In this document: positions 58,183-64,000 of the stretch, piece by piece
How the letters are laid out: each line of letters opens with the position of its first letter
How positions within the stretch are numbered: position 1 is the stretch's first letter
DNA from: an uncultured Pseudomonadota bacterium
GTDB lineage: Bacteria > SAR324 > NAC60-12
Assembly: GCA_964344035.1 (NCBI GenBank)
Contig: CAYFLK010000001.1
Coordinates: 172 to 64,171 of the forward strand
Direction: 5' to 3'
Length of the DNA stretch: 64,000 nt
Position numbers and translations under genes: made by a program
Notes under the pieces: generated by a model
What the model saw: only the letters and a program-made list of their open reading frames with translations
Database searches by the model: none
Told to the model about the DNA's origin: nothing

Positions 58183-59972
58183 CACCATCGGAAACTGCAA
58201 AACTATCTGAATCGTCCAAACAGGAAGCAAGGTTAATCAAGGAACTGATTGCTGAAGGACGCGAAAAAGGATTTATCACTCTTGACGACATCAACAATCA
58301 TCTCGGTGACGATACCCCTTCGGCAGAGCAATTGGAGCAAATCTTCAATATTTTCTCTGAGATGGAAATTGATGTGGTGGATTCCACCAAGAAGATCAGT
58401 CTAAATCAACGCGAATTTGATCCAGATTTTGAATTCGATCTGAGTGAGGAATTGGATCTCAATCCCGGAATTGACAATTCCACGGATGATCCGGTGCGGA
58501 TGTATCTTCGAGAGATGGGTAGCATTGAATTGCTTACCCGGGAAGGTGAAGTTGAAGTTGCGAAGAAAATCGAGGATGGTCAGCAGGAATTGATTGAAAT
58601 TTTCACTCAATCACACCTGATCCTTTACTATTTGTTTGAACTGATCAAACAGCTGAAATCACAGAAAATACGTGCGCGACATGTTATCTCAGGGCTGGAT
58701 GAAGACGATAATGTCATAGAAGATGAGGAAGAAGCTACCAAGCGTATTGTGGAAAAGCTGGAAAGGCTGGAAAAACACTATTTGAAAACTGAAAACATAA
58801 AGAAACGTACCAGAAATTCAAAAAACAAACGAAAAGACGAACAGGATTTAAAAAAACACACCGAAGCGTACCAGGATATCATCCGCGGCATCAGTTTTAA
58901 TTCCAGGCAAATTGAACTGATGTGCATTGAATTGTTCAATCACAAGCACAAAATCGATCTGTACTATCGAAAGTTGGCGAGGCACTCACGCAAATTGAAT
59001 CTGTCCCTCGCTGAAACAGACCGCTTGTTCAGCCAACTCAAAGCGTCAAAAAAGGCTGCAGAAAAAACTGCTGTCAAAGAGGAAATAGAGAATAAAACCA
59101 AGCTGCGTTTCAACATTGCAAATCGCCTGTATGAAAAAATACAGGCCTGCCGAAAGCGCATTGACGTGATGATCAAGCAAACCATGCTCAACTGGGAAGA
59201 TTTTCGCAGTGAAGTAATACGCTTAAGGATCGCCGAACAGAAGGTCAAACGTGCAAAAAGCCAGCTGGTGGAAGCGAATTTGAGACTGGTAATCAGCATT
59301 GCAAAAAAATACACTAACCGCGGGTTGCAGTTTCTTGACTTGATACAGGAGGGTAATATCGGGTTGATGAAAGCCGTGGACAAGTTTGAATACCGTCGCG
59401 GATACAAGTTTTCAACTTATGCCACCTGGTGGATCCGTCAATCCATTACCCGCGCAATTGCTGACCAGGCACGCACCATCCGGATTCCGGTTCACATGAT
59501 TGAGACGATCAACAAATTGTCGCGGATGTCTCGTTCGTTGGTTCAGGAATACGGGAGGGAACCTACTCCTAACGAATTGTCTCACCGAATCGGCATGCCT
59601 CTGCACAGGGTGCGGAAAGTTCTGAAAATTGCCAAGGAACCCATTTCATTGGACACTCCCATCGGAGATGACGATGATTCGTTGCTGAAGGATTTTATTG
59701 CCGATGAAAAAGCTTCCGACCCGGGAGAAGCGACCGTGTTTTCAAACATGGGAGAAAAGACCCGGCAGGCTTTGAACACCCTGACAAGCAGGGAGGAAAA
59801 AGTGCTTCGCATGCGCTTCGGGGTTGATGAAGTCAAGGACCACACACTGGAAGAGGTTGGACAGGATTTTGACGTGACCAGGGAACGGATCCGTCAGATC
59901 GAGGCCAAAGCCTTACGCAAACTGCGTCATCCATCCCGTTCGAAATTGCTGAAATCCTTCTACGACGGGTAA
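58179..59972 (+). CDS. rpoD: RNA polymerase sigma-70 factor RpoD
   Basis: Region 2 [40 protein letters not shown]. Region 4 [14 protein letters not shown]. 4-nt overlap with dnaG. Confidence 0.95.
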   Translation: MTPSETAKLSESSKQEARLIKELIAEGREKGFITLDDINNHLGDDTPSAEQLEQIFNIFSEMEIDVVDSTKKISLNQREFDPDFEFDLSEELDLNPGIDNSTDDPVRMYLREMGSIELLTREGEVEVAKKIEDGQQELIEIFTQSHLILYYLFELIKQLKSQKIRARHVISGLDEDDNVIEDEEEATKRIVEKLERLEKHYLKTENIKKRTRNSKNKRKDEQDLKKHTEAYQDIIRGISFNSRQIELMCIELFNHKHKIDLYYRKLARHSRKLNLSLAETDRLFSQLKASKKAAEKTAVKEEIENKTKLRFNIANRLYEKIQACRKRIDVMIKQTMLNWEDFRSEVIRLRIAEQKVKRAKSQLVEANLRLVISIAKKYTNRGLQFLDLIQEGNIGLMKAVDKFEYRRGYKFSTYATWWIRQSITRAIADQARTIRIPVHMIETINKLSRMSRSLVQEYGREPTPNELSHRIGMPLHRVRKVLKIAKEPISLDTPIGDDDDSLLKDFIADEKASDPGEATVFSNMGEKTRQALNTLTSREEKVLRMRFGVDEVKDHTLEEVGQDFDVTRERIRQIEAKALRKLRHPSRSKLLKSFYDG

Positions 59973-60087
59973 ACACCGTATCCCGCAAAACAGTGAAACC
60001 GCTGAACACAGTCGGGAGTGGAACCCCTATTGCAGGACCGGTTTCAGCGGTTGATCCCCTCAGTTCTCACCTTTATCAAACCAGGAC

Positions 60088-63018
60088 ATGAAACTTTTTG
60101 GTTTCGTGACACTTCAGCTTGCAGCCATTCTATTCAGCACACCCCACACTTACGCTCAGAGTGAATCAGTTGGGATCAAGTCTGTTGAACTGATACGCCG
60201 GGGGAGCCAGGTATCCGTACACTTGCTGACCGACCGCTCACCCAGTTATGAGGTATCGGCAAACCTGACCGCACAAACACTTGTTGTCAAATTTCATAAT
60301 GCTTATCTTGATTTTAGCGACAGTCGGTCTGAACGCTTGTTCAATGACGAACAGGTTGCCGGAATCCGCTTCTATGAAGTAGAGGACCAGATCTGGGCGC
60401 AGTTTAAATTGCGTCAGCAGAAATTGACGTATGAAGTCTCGCCGTTAAAAGGAAGTCCCGGATTGGCAGTGGTTTTTCGAAGCGTGGTTGCAGTCAAACC
60501 GGAACCCGAAACACAGCGCGAAGCGTTCTACAAGCTCAGCGGCATCCGATTTGAACCCGGCAATGGGAATCGCACTAGATTTCTGTTCTCTTTCAGGATA
60601 GTCACTTCCAGTTTTGAAGAAGAAACGCCTGAAATACCCAAAATTCCGAGAATATTCCTGCTGGAGGATAAAAGCAGAAACCGTTTAACAATCCGTTTCC
60701 CGGATACCCTGCCTGAGCAGGGTTTGCAAGTCGCAGAATTTGCGGAGTCAAGGATTCAATTAGCTGGTGTGCGCAGTGAAGTCAACCAGACCTTTGTTGA
60801 TCTGGATCTGACAATTCCTGAAATCAGTGTTGAACATGTATCAGATTTGGATAATGCGCAATGGGTATTGTACTTTTCCGGAGAAACTCAAGCTAAGGAG
60901 GAAAAAGAAGTTCCCGCGAAAACCCTGAGCGAAGAGGAAAAGAAAGCCGCGGAGAAGGAAACAAGGGCAGCATTGAGGAGAAAACTGCTGTTAAAAAGTC
61001 TTTTTCAGCAGGCGGAAAACACTTTCCGCCAGGGCGACTACAATGAATCGATCAGGCAGTTTCGTGCCGCCTACGCTCAGGGGAAAGCTGATGCGGGAGA
61101 GTTTGAGGAACCTTTGGACGAGGTTGCCGCGCAGGCAATGTTTCGTGCCGCGGATGTCACCTACACCATGCTGGAGCGTGGGAAAGCAAAAAATCATCAC
61201 CGCGCGATCGAAGCATATCAAACTGCGGTCCGAATTGCAAAAACGATGCAGACCCCTTCTCCTCCTGTAGAAGCTGAGTTTATTGTGAAGGGCTTGATCC
61301 CTCATGCATATTTTCGCATCGGCAGGAGTTATCAGAAGATGCAGTTTCACAACGAAGCCAGCAGAAGCTTTGTAAAATTGAAAAATGAATATCCAAATTC
61401 CAGGGAAGCAATTGAGTCAATTTTCTGGCGAGCCGTGACCCACATAGATAGCCGCAATTGGAAAGATGCAATCGATGATTTTAAAGAATATCTGAGAACT
61501 TCGCCGGCGCCAAAATTTCTTGCGGTGACACATTATAAACTGGCCCAGGCGTATTATCAGCAGGGTCGTTTTATTATTGCCAGGGAGCACTTTGACCAGG
61601 GAAGAAACTTGAACACTGAATATGTGAAGCAAGACCCTACACTGCTGTTTCACATGGGGGAAACTTATTACGAAAATGCGGATTACACTACTGCGCGGGA
61701 AGTATTCAAAATCTTGTTGAGATTGTACCCCGATGCAGATTTCTCAAAATTCGTTGCTCTTCGGCTCGGAGATTTTCTGCGTGATGAAGGCAAGGAAGAC
61801 GAAGCAATTACAGTTTACAAGAACGCAATCAACAGTTATTCACGTGAGATTGCGTTGCTCGGTAAACTGCGCATCGCAAACATCCAGGCTAAACGCCCCT
61901 TTTCCACTGAATACCTTGAAGCATTGGGGGTTTATGAGGAAATCGTCAATCTTTATCCTGATTCAACTCAGGCAGAGGAAGCTCTGCTGCGGCAAGGGTT
62001 GACCCAGACCTTATACGGTTTCTACCGTGAAGCAATCATGACGCTGGAAAAATTCATGGATTTGCATCCGGAAAGCGTATATGTGCGGAGAAATGTGATT
62101 CAGGAGAACATAGATGAAAACCTGAAAGGGATGATTGATCAATATTTCCGAAAGGAGGACGACCTGGCGTTGGTTGCGGCATACCGTGATTACAAATCCA
62201 AGTACATGCTCAACTTCCGTTTTGACACCACCCTTTTCCAGGTTGCAGTCGCCCACCGCCGGCTGGGGTTTCATGATGACGCACTCGACCTCTTTCGCTT
62301 TCTTGAGACACGGGCTTCAGGGACCATGGCGGAATTGATTCAACTTGAAAAGGCTCAGACATTATTTGAGAAAAAGGATTATCCGGAAGCACGCGATAAT
62401 TTGGCCAGGTTTCTTCAGGATCACCCGGAAAGTCTTTATGATGCGGAAGTCCACCAATTGCTGGCAATGGTGTATAGACGGGACAAGCAATTTTCCAAAG
62501 CGTTGATTGTGTATGAACAGACAATTGAAAAATACGACCAGGATCAAGACCCCCTGAAAGCGGAAATTGTACCCGAACTCTACTATGAACTGGCCCAAAT
62601 GCTGGAAGATGCCGGTTATTTCGCCGACGCAGCCAACGCATACCTGCAATCCATCACTCGTTACAGCCATCCCGTGACCAAACCGGGCACTCCAGAATAC
62701 ATCATCCACAGTCATTTTCTTGCCGGTGAGATGCTTTATAAAGTTCAAAACAATGAAGCTTCCCTCGCGCAGTTTGAAAAAGCCATTGGGGTTTATGGTT
62801 CCAGAACGGAACCGGAAATCCGTGAAAGGATTCACTGGGCGCGATACCATACCGGAAACCTCTATGCAGAGTTGGACCAAAAAGAAAAAGCCCTGAAAAT
62901 CTACAAGGACCTGAAAGACAGTAAAGAGGGTGAAGGAAGCTTGTGGAAGAAGATGTCGAAGGAAAGTCATCAGTCGTTGGGGCGTCAAATGTCATACCAG
63001 AATTATCTTCAGCAGTGA
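60088..63018 (+). CDS. hypothetical secreted TPR-repeat protein
   Basis: 976 aa. Signal peptide MKLFGFVTLQLAAILFSTPHTYAQSE. More than 10 TPR-like helical pairs in the C-terminal two-thirds. Confidence 0.5.
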   Translation: MKLFGFVTLQLAAILFSTPHTYAQSESVGIKSVELIRRGSQVSVHLLTDRSPSYEVSANLTAQTLVVKFHNAYLDFSDSRSERLFNDEQVAGIRFYEVEDQIWAQFKLRQQKLTYEVSPLKGSPGLAVVFRSVVAVKPEPETQREAFYKLSGIRFEPGNGNRTRFLFSFRIVTSSFEEETPEIPKIPRIFLLEDKSRNRLTIRFPDTLPEQGLQVAEFAESRIQLAGVRSEVNQTFVDLDLTIPEISVEHVSDLDNAQWVLYFSGETQAKEEKEVPAKTLSEEEKKAAEKETRAALRRKLLLKSLFQQAENTFRQGDYNESIRQFRAAYAQGKADAGEFEEPLDEVAAQAMFRAADVTYTMLERGKAKNHHRAIEAYQTAVRIAKTMQTPSPPVEAEFIVKGLIPHAYFRIGRSYQKMQFHNEASRSFVKLKNEYPNSREAIESIFWRAVTHIDSRNWKDAIDDFKEYLRTSPAPKFLAVTHYKLAQAYYQQGRFIIAREHFDQGRNLNTEYVKQDPTLLFHMGETYYENADYTTAREVFKILLRLYPDADFSKFVALRLGDFLRDEGKEDEAITVYKNAINSYSREIALLGKLRIANIQAKRPFSTEYLEALGVYEEIVNLYPDSTQAEEALLRQGLTQTLYGFYREAIMTLEKFMDLHPESVYVRRNVIQENIDENLKGMIDQYFRKEDDLALVAAYRDYKSKYMLNFRFDTTLFQVAVAHRRLGFHDDALDLFRFLETRASGTMAELIQLEKAQTLFEKKDYPEARDNLARFLQDHPESLYDAEVHQLLAMVYRRDKQFSKALIVYEQTIEKYDQDQDPLKAEIVPELYYELAQMLEDAGYFADAANAYLQSITRYSHPVTKPGTPEYIIHSHFLAGEMLYKVQNNEASLAQFEKAIGVYGSRTEPEIRERIHWARYHTGNLYAELDQKEKALKIYKDLKDSKEGEGSLWKKMSKESHQSLGRQMSYQNYLQQ

Positions 63019-63070
63019 ATGGTTCCGTCTTGCAATAACAAGCATTCCGGATAAAATTGTTGCTGCTGAT

Positions 63071-63145
63071 TGGGGCGTAGCCAAGTGGTAAGGCAACGGG
63101 TTTTGATCCCGTGATACGAAGGTTCGATCCCTTCCGCCCCAGCCA
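63071..63145 (+). tRNA. tRNA-Gln (anticodon UUG)
   Basis: Manually folded cloverleaf. Acceptor stem TGGGGCG/CGCCCCA. Anticodon stem ACGGG/CCCGT with loop TTTTGAT. T-arm GAAGG-TTCGATC-CCTTC. Discriminator G plus CCA. Confidence 0.8.
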
Positions 63146-63471
63146 GTCTTCCTTGATCGCTCCCCTCCCGATTCCTGAAAGCAACCGGTTCTGACGCCGT
63201 GGTTTCCTGTTTCTCCTGTAAAATCCAAGACAATGCCTGACGAAGGAGGCAACAAAGGGTTAAAGTATTCCCAATGGCGCCCGATCGGCGTCTGTGATCA
63301 GGGTCAAGGAAATCAGCGCAAGGCCAGAATTTTCACCAAAATTGATTTCACCGCGGTTACCACTCCCGGGATCAACCGCAGGAATTGGCATAACCGCACT
63401 GAAGTGGTGAAGATCGTAAATCGTTATGCGCGGCAGGTGGCAAAGTTGTCACTGCTGACAAAAACGATGAA

Positions 63472-64000
63472 GTCTCCTAAAATCGGACAAATCAACCTGG
63501 TGGGTGCGGTGCTTGGGCATGAAAAAACCCCTGGGTTGAACGTGGAATCCGCGGACGGACGGGTGCAGTTCTTTCAGGTTGAGTTTTACGATGCAGATGC
63601 TGACAAAAAAAGGAAATCCATAAAGCCGAGACTCTACTGGATAATTTCAGGGTTGGTGTTCGCAATCCTGGTTTTTTTTATATTTTGGAATTATTTTCCT
63701 TCAATTTCAGAGCAATCCAGACCTGGCAGGAACACCGCTAGATTGTGTGAAAACCGGGGAAAACCACTGCGGCACCGTGATGAAATGAGGAGATTGAGGA
63801 GGGATTTACTGGATGAACTGGATAGATACCCCGGGTGGTCTCAGCTTCAGGAAGTCCGCTGGATTTGTGCGGGTGTGGCTGGCAGTTTAGAGGAACAGGA
63901 GCAATTGCTGGTACGCTGTCTGCTCAATGCCAAACGGGAAACACAATCGCTGGCTACCCGTGCACATCCGGATTTGAGACTGATTGAAAAGTGTGCGAAT
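63472..64000 (+). CDS. hypothetical membrane-anchored protein (5' partial, runs off window)
   Basis: ATG at 63472, with an open frame of at least 176 codons to the window end. One TM (YWIISGLVFAILVFFIFW). Absent from the ORF track only because it has no stop within the window. Confidence 0.4.

Noticed and set aside
59973-60087. Long-range inverted repeat AAACCGCTGAA...TTCAGCGGTTT after rpoD
   Set aside because: The loop is 34 nt and there is no T-run, so it is not a convincing intrinsic terminator. It is probably incidental or a weak processing site.
1-64000. CRISPR arrays, transposases, integrases and phage genes
   Set aside because: No spaced direct-repeat array is present. No DDE or tyrosine-recombinase-like ORFs are present. 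tRNA-Gln at 63071 is a possible integration hotspot, but only a hypothetical membrane protein follows within the window.

Overview
This 64-kb window comes from a diderm (Gram-negative-type) bacterium with roughly 50-55% GC. Phylum not assigned from sequence alone. It is densely coding on both strands and shows no CRISPR array, transposase or integrase.

Main contents, start to end:
- (i) A truncated FAD-dependent disulfide oxidoreductase and a lytic transglycosylase.
- (ii) A minus-strand envelope-glycoconjugate module: an MsbA-like ABC exporter, a WecA/MraY-family phosphotransferase with an extra C-terminal domain, and an ArnT/PMT_2-like glycosyltransferase.
- (iii) An amidase -> GNAT -> LOG operon.
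- (iv) A short-chain dehydrogenase (SDR) gene remnant and a cupin.
- (v) A classical zinc-uptake locus, znuA <-> zur-znuC-znuB, with a Zur-box palindrome in the divergent promoter.
- (vi) An unusual mlaA-mlaC-MMPL/RND operon with no mlaFEDB genes.
- (vii) A nine-gene minus-strand uptake and catabolism cluster: omega-transaminase, PotABCD-like ABC importer, two M24 creatinase/prolidase-type hydrolases and a C-N hydrolase.
- (viii) A nitrilase and a tandem universal stress protein.
- (ix) A decayed hydantoinase/oxoprolinase hyuAB operon, with frameshifts at homopolymer runs and an internal deletion.
- (x) A TRAP transporter (dctPQM), an IclR regulator, a GSA-aminomutase-like transaminase and a MIO-type ammonia-lyase/aminomutase (HAL family).
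- (xi) Two further aminotransferases, folP, a second ABC exporter and an esterase.
- (xii) A housekeeping block: tsaB, tsaE, a catalytically degenerate ABC-ATPase-like protein, dnaG and rpoD.
- (xiii) Large HEAT/TPR proteins, an OMP-like protein and tRNA-Gln(UUG).

The strongest leads are:
- the Mla-MMPL lipid-trafficking operon;
- the WecA-like enzyme with an extra domain in the glycoconjugate export module;
- the TRAP/IclR/transaminase/MIO-enzyme catabolic module.
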